A DNA stretch of 64,000 nucleotides, from positions 885,848-949,847 of the forward strand of contig NW_005434659.1 of NCBI RefSeq assembly GCF_000315625.1. The letters run 5' to 3'. Positions 1 through 13,288 of the stretch are shown one piece after another (the first letter of the stretch is position 1; each line of letters opens with the position of its first letter). This stretch comes from Guillardia theta CCMP2712 (Eukaryota; Protista; Cryptophyta). The position numbers were made by a program, and so were the translations under genes. The notes beneath the pieces were generated by a model. It had not been told where the DNA came from, ran no database searches, and saw nothing but the letters and a program-made list of their open reading frames with translations.

Positions 1-96
1 CGGGGAGGGGAGGGAAAAGCTGAATAAGGCAGCGAGAAGAGAAGAACAGAGCAGGAGAGGAACACGGGGGTCATGGGACTGAACGGGAAGGGTGGA

Positions 97-1590
97 AGGT
101 GGATCATCGGCCCTCCTCTGCTCCTTCCGATCTACTTCCACTACGAGAATCTGAGGTGACGGGGGGAGGAGGGGGAGGAGGGGGAGGGGAGAGGAGGGGA
201 GAGGAGGAGGAGGGGAGAATGAGGAGCAGGTGGCTTCGGCGGCGGCAGAGGAGGAGGGTGCATGGCGAGAAGGAGAGGAAGGGGAGGAGGGAGGATATCT
301 TATCTCTTGCAGATATGTCATTGGCAATGCGGTCTGGGGCAAGTCAGGGATGTGGAAAGATTCCTACGGCACCGAGAGATATCTGCGACAGCATCGGCGC
401 TTCTTCTGGGAGGAGGTGAGATACGAGGAGGGGGAGGGCGGGGGAAGGAAGCTTGTGCGAAGGAGCGAGTGACTGTCTTACAGTTTCTTTGGATGGCTTC
501 GTTTTTCATTCGCTGGCACTTGATGTATGGCCCGCTGCTGGGAGGGCTGTGGGGATGGTTCGGCCTGTACATGGTGACGTTCTCGTCCTCTCTTGATCTC
601 TTTGGCCCTCCTCCTTCTCTTCATGCTGCTTCCTTGGCATCTTGTTCCTTCTTCTTGGACCTTCCTTGCTCCTCCTTTTGCATCTCCTCCTTCCCCCCCT
701 TCATCTCTTTCTCTCCTCTCTCCTCTTTCCTTCCTCTCTCATCGTCTCGTTCAGACTGTTCGCGTCATCGAGTCCCACTGGTTCGTCTGGGTCACTCAGA
801 TGAGTCACATCCCCATGAGGTTTGACACCCTCCCCACCCCACCCCCTCCCACTCTCCCTCCTTCCCTCCCCAGCAGGACCTCAGCTGTTGCCCTGCAGCA
901 TCAGCAAGTTTGACGAGGCGGAGCATCACGACTGGCCGTCGCTCCAGCTCGCAGCCACCTGCAACGTGGAAGGAGGAGCGTTCAACGACTGGTTCACCGG
1001 TCACCTCAACTATCAGGTCTCCTCCCCCAGCCCCTCCCCCACCATGAACTTCTGATCGTTCCTCCCCTTCTTCCCTGTCGTTACCTCCCTGCTGTTACCT
1101 CCCTGCTGTTTTCCCTGCTGTTACCTCCCTGCTGTCGTTTCCTCCCTGCTGGTTTCCCTCACGTCTGCTTGCAGATCGAGCATCATCTGTTCCCCACCAT
1201 GCCTCGTCACAACTACCCAAAAGTCGCTCCGCTCGTGCGCGACCTCTTCGCCAAGCATGGCATGTGAGCACAAGGATGGAGAAAATGGAGGAGGAGGAGG
1301 AGGAGGAGGAGGAGGAGGAGGTGGTGGTGGTGGTGGTGGTGGTGACGGTGTTGGTGGGGTTTGGCGGGGACGTCAACGACGACGATGATGAGGATGGGGA
1401 GGCGAAGAGAGGAAGGGGTAGGAGGTCACGGGGGTTGCAGGAAGCACAAGTACGAGAGCAAGAAGCTGCTGCAGGCGTTCGGCGACATCCTCTCCTCGCT
1501 CGAGAGATACGGAAAGGTGAGGAGAAAGCGAAAGAGGCAGGCGGTTGAGCCCTGAGGCAGGCATGGGAGCACGCGTTCTATGAGACATGA
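97..1590 (+). CDS. Front-end (Delta5/Delta6/Delta8-type) fatty acid desaturase, 3' part; 5' end lies upstream of the window; multi-exon
   Basis: Spliced exons read [18 protein letters not shown]..., [49 protein letters not shown]|[27 protein letters not shown] is the diagnostic third His box of front-end desaturases. Last exon 1561-1590 reads AWEHAFYET*. Confidence 0.9.
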
Positions 1591-1690
1591 AGAAGAAGAA
1601 GAAGAAGAAGAAGAAGAAGAAGAAGAAGAAGATGATGATGATGATGAAGATGAAGATGATGATGAAGAAGAAGATAATGATGATGAGGAG
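1588..1690 (+). repeat. (GAA)n/(GAT)n trinucleotide microsatellite just after the desaturase stop
   Basis: Direct reading of gaagaagaag...gatgatgatg. Confidence 0.9.
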
Positions 1691-1930
1691 GAGATCACAT
1701 ATTTTTTCGAGACATAATAACATCGTTAGATCTGCTTTCTTTTCCTTCTTACCTTCCCTCTCATGCGATGCAAACTCCAGAGTTCGAGTTGGTGGTAGTG
1801 CCAAAGATGTCAAAGCAAGCAGACATGACATTGAGAATGTTGAGAAGAGGAAAACTGCAGAGCAGGGGTAGGCGCTGACGATGGTGATGGAGAAAAATAA
1901 GAACCAGAGATTGAGGAATAGGAGGAGTAA

Positions 1931-2004
1931 GAGGAGGAGGAGGAGGAGGAGGAGGAGGAGGAGGAGGAGGAGGAGGAGGAGGAGGAGGAGGAGGAGGAGG
2001 AGGA
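1931..2004 (+). repeat. (GGA)n microsatellite
   Basis: Pure gaggaggag run. Confidence 0.95.
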
Positions 2005-2030
2005 TAAGAGTTCCAGAGGTTCGTCAACAT

Positions 2031-4194
2031 TCAGTATGATCGGCCGGTCAGATCTCCTGCTGCAGTGAAGTGCTGAGGAGGGAGAGCGACTGAAGTAGAG
2101 CCTGAGACCCTGTGAGGAGGAGGTGAAGAGTGAGAGGGTCTTGCCTTCCGCATAGCGACGTCACGCTCCTCCAGGTTCTTGAGCTGGAAGAGGATGAAAG
2201 GTAAGTGGAAGAGCAGGAAGAGAGGGAGAAGCAGTGAGAAAAAGAGAGGGAGAAGCAGTGAGAGGAGAGAGGGGAGGGGGGGAAATGAACAGAGGAGGGC
2301 TAAGGCAGGGAAAGAAGAGAGGAGGAAGGGAATGGGGGAGGGTAAGGGAGCAGGGGGAGTGAAGAAAGGAGATAGGGGTTCAACCAGCTCCCTTACCTTA
2401 GTTTGCTGCTGCTTCATCTCCATTTGAACATCCTGCAATGAGGTGAGCAAGGAGTAAACGAATGAATGATGAGGAGGTTCCGATGGAACGCCAGATAGAG
2501 GGATGGAGGGAGGGAGCACGAACGGAGGCAAGAGGAAGAGGGAGGCAGGAGGAAGAGGGAGGCAGGAGGAAGAGGGAGGCAGGAGGAAGAGGGAGGCAGG
2601 AGGAGAGGAGGAGGGAAGGAGATTCAAGTTTACACCTTCATGTTACTCCGTAGCTTCTCAAGCTCGTGCTTCATCTCAGACATCTGCTTTGACTGCACCA
2701 CGAGAACACCGTAAGCTGGGCAATGCAAGGAGGAGGAAGAGTAGAAGAGGGAAGGGAGAGAGGGGGGAGGAGGAGGACAAACGGGAGGAAGAGAAGGGAG
2801 GGGAACGATGGAGAGAAGGGGAAGATGACGGGGATGTAGAGGAGAAAACGAAATGAGAGAAGGGGGAGGAGGAGCAGGGGAGGAAAGAGGAGGAAGGGGA
2901 GGGGGAGGAGAGGAGGATGGAACTGACGCGTGCTCGCTCCTCTAAGATACATTCGTTCGCTCTCCTCTGAGCCTGCAGAAGTTTATGACTAAAGTGAGGA
3001 GGAATAATCAGGGCAGAGAGCAGGGCAGAGACATGTTTCATGAAGTAGAGGTGCTGTGCTGTGATGTGATGTGATGTGATGTGATGTGATGTGATGTGAT
3101 GTGATGTGATGTGATGTGATGTGATGTGATGTGATGTGATGTGATGTCAGAAGAGCAGGGAAGGCAGGTAGGAATTCTCTCTACCTCAGCCAGCTTGCTT
3201 AGCAAAGTCTGAATTTCCTCCCTTAACTTGTCGAATTCGCTCAATTGAAACGGAGGAGACAGCTGATAACTACCATCCCTCGCTTCTCCTCCAGCTCCTT
3301 CCTGTCTACTAGTTTGTGCATGATTGTCAACATTGCCCATTCCTGCTGCTGCCCCTGCTGTTGCTGCTGCTGCTGCTGCTTCTTCAAACCGACCTCGTCC
3401 CAGTGGTCCTGTACACTTCATGCATGCCTCCTCTCGCTCATCGTCTTGCACCTTAGCTGAGGAGAAGCAAACGCCGCAGGAGAGCTTCAGCTCGTCGCTG
3501 CTCAGCTTTCCTCCCACAACCAGTCTCACTTCCTCCTCTTGCTTCGGCCTTGACGCTGTGCATTGAGGAGCGCTGTCGTCGAAGACCCTCATCAGCTGTT
3601 TCATGTCCTCCTCCTCCACCTCAAGATCGAGCTCTTCGACCTTCTCTTTCAGCCTCCTCACTTCCTCCTTCACCTTTTCTCTCTCCACCTGCTCGACCTC
3701 CTTCTCCCTTCTCTCTCCCTCCCTCCCTCCCTCCCTGCACTCATACTTCATCTGGATCAGGCTGTGCAGCCGCGATACTTCCAGCATGACGGCTTTTCGC
3801 AACACAACCTTCTCTTCCTCCTCCTCCTTGGCAATCGCCTTCCTCCATCGACTTGCCAGGCTCCGCGTCAGCTCAATGAAGAGCTTCTCGTTCCCCCCGT
3901 ACGTCTGATACATCGAGGCGCGAGCAGGAGAGGACGCAGCAGGCTCAATCTGAGTACCCTCCCCCCACTCATTGTAGGAGGTGATGGCTACCAACTGCAC
4001 CCCTCCTGCTTCCTCTGCTCCCCTCCACATGTCCTCATAGTACCTCCCCATCGCCCGGTACCGCCATGACGCTGCGTTCCATGGACGGATGCGCGAGTCG
4101 TCGTAGCCAGGACCCACGCACCTGCAGCCTTTGTCACCCCAACAAGAGGTGGAGGTGAAGAGAGGAGGGGGAGGGGGAAAGAGGGGGACGAAAA

Positions 4195-4238
<44 letters not shown>

Positions 4239-5169
4239 CAGGAGTAGGAGTTAGGAGTAGGAGGAGGAGGTTGAAGAGGAGCAGGAGGAAGAGAAGAATT
4301 TTACGGGCAGAAGATTTTCCCGACGCTCCTCCCCCATGCCGACAGTCGCCGCCACTCGGAGGGTCTGCTGCCATCGGAGAAGCCGCTGCTCGCAAAGTAG
4401 GAGTAGAGTCCGTCAAAACCTCCTTCTGTCGCAAACCTCTCGTGCCCCCTTTGTAAGTACAGTCCCAGGAATAACCCGTCCAACTCAGAGCCCCGCACAG
4501 TCAGTGAGCCGTTGGGGTGGAGAAGGGCCCTCCAGTCTTCAAGAGGGAGCTGATAGGAGTCGTAGACGTAGAACAAGGGCAGCTTGTCAGCATAGAAGAA
4601 TGCTCGATGATGGCCGTACTTAGAGTTGATGTACCCGATATCCTCCCTCACGTCTGATACTCCCTCCCCTTGTACGGCTCCAGGTGGAAGCATACTTTTA
4701 TCCCTGCCTCTGCTGCTGCTTCCAGCACAAGAGGAGCCGCTGCATCTGTTGAGTCCTTCACGCCCCATCCCCTCGCGCCATCGCTCGAGGCCGGGAGCTT
4801 CCACCATGAGAAGACGACGACGTCGACGCCTGCCTCCTTTATCTCAAGCATTTGCTCTCTTACCACAGAGAGGTTCATGCTGCTGTAAGGGCCTCTTGAC
4901 GGGTAGTAGACGGAAGCGATCTCGTCAGGAGGAGAGTAGACTCTCCCGTAGTCGAACTTGGGTCTTTCCTCCTTGTCCCAGTGTGGCAGAACAGGATGGT
5001 CCCACTCACTCCATTTCCCGTCAATGGCTTCGCTGCCGAACCAGGCGTAGAAGAAGATGTGAACTTGTTTGGACCGGCTCAGATTCATCATGGCATGACG
5101 GTGATAATCGTACGAAGCAACCAAGAGCAGAGGATCTACAAGCAACAGAAGACAGGTACAAAATCTCAT
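2031..5169 (-). CDS. Glycoside hydrolase family 99 (glycoprotein endo-alpha-1,2-mannosidase, MANEA-like) with a long C-terminal coiled-coil extension; apparent 1-nt frameshift near 4655; 3' exons uncertain
   Basis: Signal peptide MRFCTCLLLLVDPLLLVAS. Motifs HIFFYAWFG, WDHPVLPHW, YYPSRGPYSS, VVVFSWW, FHLEPY, FYVYDSY, FDGLYSYFA, VGPGYDDSRIRPWN and catalytic ITSYNEWGEGTQIEPA. GT-AG intron 4304-4122. Confidence 0.88.
3061..3146 (+). repeat. (GTGAT)n pentanucleotide microsatellite, intronic
   Basis: About 17 perfect gtgat units. Confidence 0.95.
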
Positions 5170-5987
5170 GGTATTGGATTGAAATCTGATGCTTTTCATG
5201 GTACTCTAACCAAACCAGTCGTCGACTTCATGTTCGTCCTTCCATGTTCTTTGTCTCTGGACATCGTCCTCCTTCCATCACGATCTTCTCCTTCGACCTC
5301 CAACCTGCATGCTCTCCCGCTCTCCCTGGTCACAACCCATGGAATCAAGTTTCGTTTCTAAAAATCCCACAAATCAGGATTAAGATCTCTTAATCTAGAT
5401 TAACATGCCTCATAAATACGACAGAAAAATCACTCAACAGAGAAGTCGCAATGGCGATACAGTAGAAGCGAAGAGGGCATGGTAGAGGGAGGAGAGGAGA
5501 GAGGAGAGATGGAGAGGAGAGAGAAGGAGATCGAGGAGGAAAGGACAAGACAGGAAGGAGAGATGTGAGGGAGTCGGCGAGGAACGGGACGGAGGGAATT
5601 AGAAGGAGATTGCATTTCACAACAGTGCCGCAGTTTTAATAGACAAAGACGATGATCCTCGCATATTTCTACCGCCCCCATTGTCATGATCACCATCGTT
5701 CACATACTATTCTTCCATTCTGTCTCCTTCTCCTTCTGATTCTCCTGCTCCTGCTCTTGCTCCCCCTGTTCTTGTTGCTGTTCTTCACTTGGTGTTCCCG
5801 TGCTCTTGGTCTGAATGCCATCCCTGCCCTTGCCCGTGTTCGTTATCGACATGTCACCGCCATCGCCACTTCTCTAAGAGCAAAGGAGAGTCTTGGGAAT
5901 GTATGATCATGAAACAGCTCGATACGATCTGCAAGCAACCTTACAACTTATTCCTCCCTCCCCTGACTTCCCCTGCCAGCAACTTGC

Positions 5988-6330
5988 GATGGCCGGAAAC
6001 ACAAAGATCAAGAAGCACGCTTTCTTCGCAAGCTGGTGTGCTGGTGAATCGTTCCTCTGGTTCTTGCTCGCTCACCTTCATGCACAGGTACCTTCTCATT
6101 GCGGCAGGAGCGGTCAGGTGAGAAGCGTTTGGAGTGTTTCTTGTCTGTTCAACTCACTTCATGTGGCCGTTGCAGATGGTATCAGCAGAAGCTGAAGGCG
6201 AAGAATGTAGGAGGTGAGAGTATAGTGAGAGACACTAATGCTCTCTGCAGGAAGAGACTTCAGGGAGGATAACAGAGGCGAAGTTTCGCAGGAGGATGAC
6301 GAACGCTAATATCGAAGCTGCGAACAAAGG
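5988..6330 (+). CDS. Small hypothetical single-pass membrane protein; spliced; 3' end uncertain
   Basis: ATG then MAGNTKIKKHAFFASW|YLLIAAGAVR|WYQQKLKAKN, joined by short GT-AG introns typical of this genome. No recognised family. Confidence 0.4.
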
Positions 6331-6524
6331 TTCGAGCTACTGAGCCTGAGGTGTTGCCCACAATCTTGTACAAGCAAGTGATGCCATAGCATCCCTGACA
6401 TGTCAAGATTTCTGTCTTCTTCAGAATCACGATGAGGTGAAGGGGAGAGTTGATGGTTGGCTCGATGGTGTAGATAGAAGGAATCTGGTTTGTTTGTAAG
6501 AAATGCTGATAATATGATGCTGCT

Positions 6525-8330
6525 CTACGCCATGAGCGGCGTCAGTGACATCTTGAAGTGGATGAAGAAGGCAGGGATGAGATCGGCATCGTTGCACTTG
6601 ACGAGGCTTGTGAGGGTCTTGGAAGATCTGCAGACATTTGAGTCGGGGAGGGGGAAGAAAAGGTTGGGAGGAGGGAAAGGGAGGAAAGGGGGAGGAGACA
6701 GGGAGGAAAGGGGGAGGGGACAGGGAGAGGAGGGGAAGGGGAAGGGGAGGAGAGGGGGAGAGAGGAAGGAGGGGGAGAGCGGGGGGAAGGAGAAGCCGAA
6801 AAGGAACAGGATACCCACATGTCAAGAGTAGTCTCGCAGAGGATGAGAGGACCTCCGATGGTCTTGGCGTAGAAGAAGAACCTAAGCGGCAGCATGAGCT
6901 GGAGCATGCGGGAGGGTGGGAATTCACTTGTGCTGATTGGGTGAAGCTTGACCCTGAGCCATGACCCGGACCTGCAGCACCAGTGAAATTGAGGAGGTTG
7001 GGTGAGGAGGAGTGAGATGTAGAATAAAAGAACAGCACAGCACACTTGGAGGAGGAATAGGAGAAGAAGCTCTCAGGAAGGGTAGAAGTGGGAGGAGGAG
7101 GAAGAGAGGAGAGAGAAGGAGTAGAGTAGAAGTTACGTTGTTGTGTGAGAGGAGGAGCTCGATCTCCTGCGCGCTAGAATCTCTTGAGAAGCTGATGATG
7201 AAAGGCTCGCCCCCTCCCAGTTGCATCTGTTGAAGCTCATGTTAGCAGCAGTAGCCTCCCCCGCCCTCCTGTCACCCAGACATCCTGGAAGGCCTCAGGG
7301 GACAAGGACGGTGATGGCTCCAGCGGCATGGACGAGTCGTCCAGAGGGTCAGCTCTTCCTCTGCTGCTAGGCACAGGCTCGTCCAGGAGGTCGAGCAGGT
7401 CTGTTCCCGCCTTCTGCTCATCTGACGAGTCAACAAGCAAGCCTCCTTCTCCTCTCCCTCCCCCCCCCCGCCCGCCATCCTCCTCCTCCTCCTCCTCCTC
7501 CTCCTCCTCCTCCTCCTCATCATCATCATCATCATCATGCCTGAGCTGCTGGAGCTGGGGTTGGAGCATGGCCAGGGCTGGGATGGGCTGGGATGGGACC
7601 CGAGATGACTCCGGCTGCTACAGCAGCATCTGCCACCACGTATCTCGCCTTGAGCGCTTCTTCGGAGAGCCAGCGCTGCTCGGGCATGTTGTAGATGACC
7701 TGAAGTGGAGCAAGTAAGAGGAGGAGAGGAGTGAGGGCGAGCTTGCCGAGAGACTGCCGAACGACTCGAACATACGATCCTTGAGCTCGTTGGTGTTCTC
7801 GTCCGTGAAAGCCTCTAGATCCATCCCCTCCCCCATCATCAGCATCTTCGCCTGCCAACCTTATCACAATACCCCCCCCTCTCTTCCTCTCTAGCTTACC
7901 GTATCGAGATCGACCGACAGGATCCTGTAGTAGAACAGCGCACGATCATGTACATCGACGTTGGATACGTCCGCTATGGCGAACTTGAGGAGCCGTCCGA
8001 GCATGGCCTGCATCTGAGAGGTCCGAGTGACTGAGCCAGCACACGACAGACTTGCTGACCTCTCCTGGCCGCTGGAAGAACAACTTGACCGCAGTTGTCA
8101 ACATTTCACATCGCACTGCTGGATCTGTCTCTTCCTGCAGAGCCCGAGTGAATGGTGGGGATGGGGAGGAGGAGGGGGAGGCAGGAGAAGCAGCAGCAAA
8201 TGGAGCGAAGGTGGAGAGGAAAAGAGGAGGAGAAATGCAAGAAGAAAGGAGGACAACAGGAGATTGTGGAGGTGGAAGGAGGTGGAAGAACAGGAGCAAG
8301 TGAAGGAGGAAAACGAGGAGTAGTAGGAGT

Positions 8331-8419
<89 letters not shown>

Positions 8420-11135
8420 TAGGAGTAGTAGGAGAGTTTACCTCCCACTCGTCGATCATCGGCTCGATAAGGTAAGGGGCTTCTGGGATGTCATTGCCAA
8501 ATTGACCGAGGACCCACAGCAGCGAGACCTTCGCATCGTCCTCCTTGAGGGAGCACAACACCGTCAGCTCCCTTGCTGCTATGATCTTGTCCTCCTTCCT
8601 ACCTTGACTTCGTAGAAAGCCTCGGTCAAGCTCTGCAGGAGAATGGCTGAGAGGGGAGGATACTTGCGAAGGATGTCCCGGGCTACAGCTATACACTCAT
8701 TGGCGACCACGGGATCGTTTCTGCGGAGAAGGACAACAATCTTGTCTGAAACGAGAGGAGCTGCACGAGGAAGTCTAACGGCAATATCGCCCATCGCTCG
8801 GAGAGCCTGAGGGTGAGATAGGGAGGAGTAGGAAAGGACGACAAGTGTCAACGAGACAAGAGGATACAGGTAGAGGAGAGCCACCTCCTTGGAGAGAGCA
8901 GGGTAGTAGGAGCTGACGAGCGACCCAAGCTCGTCCACTATGGAGATAAAGTTGCTGAGGTTGACGACCAGCGAGAGAGCTTTGATCTTGAGATTCTGAT
9001 TCTCTTCCGTCAGATTCTTCACCATTGAAGTTTTCTTCCTCCTCCTCTAGACCTGAAGATATTGCGGGTCGCTGTATCTGGCGTAGAAGGACGTATACTC
9101 GTCGTCGAAGGCTCCAGGTGCAAGCTGATTGGGGGGAAGTGAGCGGAAGAAGAAGAATTCATGAGCGAAGAGGAGAGTTGGGGGAGAGGAGAGAGGAGGG
9201 AGGGAAGAGAAGGGAGGGGAGAGAAAAGAGATGCGTGAGGAGGGAGAGGGGAGGGGAGAAGGAGAGGAACGAGAAGCGGAAGTTTAAGGCGAGGGTAGTC
9301 AAAAGCAGAAGGGCAAGCAAGGAAGTAGAAGGGATGTAAGGGAAAAGAGGAAGACGACAGAGGAGATGGGAGAGAGACAAGGAGAGGAGAACGACAATAC
9401 AGGTGGAGAATTGATTGAGGGAAGGAGAACAGGGGCACTGACCTTGATCAGGATAATGATGTGTTTCATAAGAACGAACGCAACCTGTCATCGCACGTCG
9501 GCCACACCCAACGTCCTCCTCTCGACCTCTACCTCGGGGCTGCTTCCTGTCATCAGCGAGATCAAAGGGCTCCTCACTCGCTGCACGACTTGCTTCTGCA
9601 GCTCTGGTCTGGGGTGAGAGCTCGGTCAGAGACAAGGGTGAAGCTGCTGGCAAAAAGAACCTGTCCTGAGTCAAGTTGAGAAACACCTTCACTGTCGCCA
9701 GCACGACTGAAGAGTTCCCATGGCTCAATCGTTCATCCAGGAAATTCATGATTTCAAAGCGCTCATCGTCGCTGTTGGGCTGCAAGAAGAGTGCCAACGT
9801 GTTCTTTGTCAGTCGTTCCATCGGCAGCGCGCAATCTCCATGGTCACCTTGAACTCTGCGATGACCTCAAGTATCAGGCATTGGCTCCACTCGTTGAATT
9901 CTCTTATTCTTTGGAGAAGCCGAATGATGATGTTCTTGTTTCCGATCAGCAGCGACAACCCTGTTCGGCCTTGGAGCTCCAGCAGAGCATTGACGGCGTT
10001 AGCAACTACCTGCAGGACATGCCATTACACGAACACTCACGTCGTCCCCTGCTCTGACCTGTGGATCCCTATCGTTGAGAAGATTGAAAATCTGATGTAC
10101 CTGATGCTCCAAGTCAGTGTTTCTGTAGCTCCCACCCTTGCCTCTCCTCACTTCCTTTCTCCTTTTCTGATCCTCTCTCTTCCTCCATTCTATCTTGACT
10201 TCTCAGCTCTCATCCTCACTAGACGTTCTCAACATACCAGGTGTCGATCGGGTATGATGTCCTCGGACAGATCGCGGATTCGCAACACGCACATGACAGC
10301 TGTTTTCCTGACGTACGGGCTGGCATCCTGCAGACCTTTGACGACGGGATCGACTAAATACTCTAAGATGTTGTTGACTCGTAGGGAGCAGAGGCAGCGA
10401 AGGGCGAGGCCCCGAACCTTCACAGACAGGTTCGTCAGTTCCAAGGAGCTCATGTTGCTGTTGTTGCAGAAAATCTTTCTCACCATGGGATCTTCATCAT
10501 GGAAGTCTTTGAGCAAGGTGTTGATGACGAGAAGAGCCATCTCTGATTGCATGGATGCATAGTTCGACAAGTATCTATCGAGTTTCCACCAGGCATCAAC
10601 AAAGACCATGTAACAGATTCTAACAGATACTTACAAGTAACACATCTTCTTCTGCACCAGATCCTTAGTGGCCGTGGCCATGATCATCTCACTGAACAAT
10701 GGCGACATGTCTGCATCAACATAAGCGCTCAACAGCTGCAGAGCAACATGGCATCGACCGATCCCAAGAGTCATGTACCCTACGACCCGCTCCATGATAG
10801 CGCGCTTCTGCTTGGGATCCTGGTGGAGAGTGAGGACAGATTGAGGTGTCCGATCGAACGAGGATATGGACAGGATCAAAGTTCGCAAGAAGACAAGATA
10901 TGCAAGGCGGGAAACCCGGCAGAGACGACGAAGGAGGGGATGGAAGCAGGAGCGCGGAGGAGAAGGAAGGAAGGAGAGGAGGAGGCACAGGGAAGTGGTA
11001 GCTGTAGAGGAGCAGGCGGCGGCATCGGGGAGAGCATGTTCGTCTCACTTTGTCGATGCTCGAGTCTCTCAGCTTGTTCTTCATCTCCGTCACCTCCCCC
11101 TTCTTGTGATCCACAAACAGCCCACCCGGCGCCAT
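6525..11135 (-). CDS. AP4B1: AP-4 complex subunit beta (beta-adaptin-like), multi-exon
   Basis: KKGEVTE, VVGYMTLGIDMSPLFSEMIMATATKDLVQKKMCYLYLSNYA, DEDPMVRGLALRCLCSLRV, DASPYVRKTAV, WVLGQFGNDIPEAPYLIE, DVHDRALFYYRIL, and an appendage ending ...FKMSLTPLMA*. The KKMCYLY and LCSLRV signatures fit AP-4 beta rather than AP-1/2 beta. Confidence 0.88.
8327..8432 (+). repeat. (GGAGCA)n hexamer microsatellite within an AP4B intron
   Basis: Direct reading. It gives spurious GAGAGA/PAPAPA ORF segments. Confidence 0.9.
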
Positions 11136-11533
11136 TGTTCCTCCCCAACTTGACTATATCCCCCTTCCACTTGACTACAAAGACCCTGCTACGACAGCCT
11201 GCAGTAGTCAATAATGTTGACTATAGATCCTATTATCGAATCCTCCTTATTGGGCATCCGATGCGCCCGATGCCAGGAATTGGGGCCGAGAAAGAGCGAC
11301 GGCGATGGAAGGAGAGGCAGGGAGGCAGGGAGGGAGAGGGAGAGAGAGAAAGAAGAGAGGAGCAGGAGTAGGTCATAACGAGATGAAGCTGAGTATTGGT
11401 ATTACAAAGGTAAGACTTGGTAGATTGTTAAAGAGGCAAGAGGCTGGAACAAAGTGAGAGAAAGGTATCTTGTCACTGGCATTGTGGCGGTGGAAGCAAG
11501 GGAGATGAGTAGGACATGAGTAGAGGCGACGTT

Positions 11534-13223
11534 ATGGAAGAGGCAGCCATCAAAGCTAGAATAGGATTGCAGGGACTGGGCGATAGTGCAGAGCGAGTGT
11601 GGCTCAAGGCCGGAACAAAGCTGGGGCGAGGAGTGAGCAAGAGCCTTCGGGATAGTCTCCAAGAACCTCAGAAGGACAAGTTGAAGTTCGAGGTTCGTCC
11701 TTGTCATCCTCCTCTCTTGTTTCCCGCGGTGATTGTTACCCCATGTCCTGCAGTTCAGAGCCATCAAAGGCTTCGACGTTCCAGCCGTTCCACCTTGCAT
11801 CCATCAAGTCGACGGGCTGGTCTCCTTCCAAGTAGCGGAGATCAGGACTCGCCATGGGCGTCGAGACTTTGACAGCTCCATCTTCCACACAGTGTTGGAG
11901 CGGATACACATGGAGACTCAGAGGGGTTTCTCGAGAATCGGCTCCCTGAGTTTGGACTTTTTCTCCTGCCCTCCGGACGTCCAGCTGCCGCTAGTTGCGG
12001 AGTTGCTCCACAGCAGCCCGAGCATAGCTGAGCTCTCCCTTGTCAATGTTCCGCTGGGCAACTCTGGCATGAAGCTGCTGGCGGCTGGCTGTGAAGGAGG
12101 AGGAGTCTTGCGATCCCTCACGCTACATTCCATTGGGGTGGATGAGGGAGGGGCATCGAGCCTGGGACGGATCATCTACTTGAACTCAAGCTTGACGGTG
12201 TTATCTCTCAACGACCTGGCGCTGTCGTTCAACGGAGGGAAGATGGTAGGTGAAGCGCTCATGAGCAACTCTACATTGATGTCCCTCAGTCTGAGAAACG
12301 CCCGACTGGGACCCCTTGGGATGGGAATTTTCAGCCCGTGTCTGGCGAACAAGGTGAGCCTTCAGAAGCTTGACTTGCATGGCAACGACATCCAAAACTT
12401 CGGGCTGATGCAGGTGCTATCAGCAATGTCCGAACTGAGATCCATCCGCTGCTTGGATTTGTCTTGTAACTGTATTGATGGGTACTTCATCATGAACTTG
12501 ACAGGATTGGTCGATCATCGAAATGGACTGGAGAGCCTGAAAATTGGTGGTATGCACCGCATGGAAATCTATTTACCGGCATTGCTCAATCTTCCCATGA
12601 TAACCCATCTTAAAGAGCTCGATCTCAGCGAAACCGCCCGCGGTTCAGAGTTCTTGACGCTCTTCGCTGTGGGGCTCGCTTCCTTGAAGCATCTGGTGTG
12701 GCTGGGACTCTCGAGCCTCAGCCTCAAGGCGGAGGAAATCCTGGTCCTTTCTCGTTCCTTATCAAGCCTGGAGTCCTTGGAGCACCTCAATTTCTCGAGA
12801 AACTTCATAGGACAGCAGGGCATGATCGCGTTGGCCAACACAAACTTCGCACGGATGAGTAGGCTGACGGCCCTCGACCTGGCTCTCAACGACTTGGGCC
12901 CGGTAGGTTCCATCTGTCTGTGTAGTTGCCTCGATACCTTCAGCAATTTGACGTCCCTGGACCTCAGTCACAATCAGCTCGGGGCTGTGGGAGGGCAGCA
13001 GCTGATCTCTGCAATTCCGCGGCATCTCAAGGGCCTTAAAAGTCTTGGTATGGCAGGGAACATGCTGGGAGACAGGGGAGGAGAGCATCTTGTTGAGGAG
13101 GTTTTGGTCAACAGGCAGGTAGAGTACGTCAATCTTTCTGGGAATGGGCTGTCAGAAGAGTGTGTAGAGTACATTCGTGAGATATGTGATAGCCTAGAGA
13201 TTTGTATCGAGATCAATCAGTAG
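11534..13223 (+). CDS. Leucine-rich repeat protein (RNI-like, NLRC3/RanGAP-type 28-residue LRRs); one intron at about 11693-11752
   Basis: Repeats LxxLxLxxNx(I/L)GxxG, e.g. LQKLDLHGNDIQNFG, LEHLNFSRNFIGQQG, LTSLDLSHNQLGAVG, LKSLGMAGNMLGDRG. Confidence 0.85.
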
Positions 13224-13288
13224 ATACCACGACGACTTGTCAGCCATGGTGACAAGAAGCCGATCGACACACAAGGATTGCAGGATCG

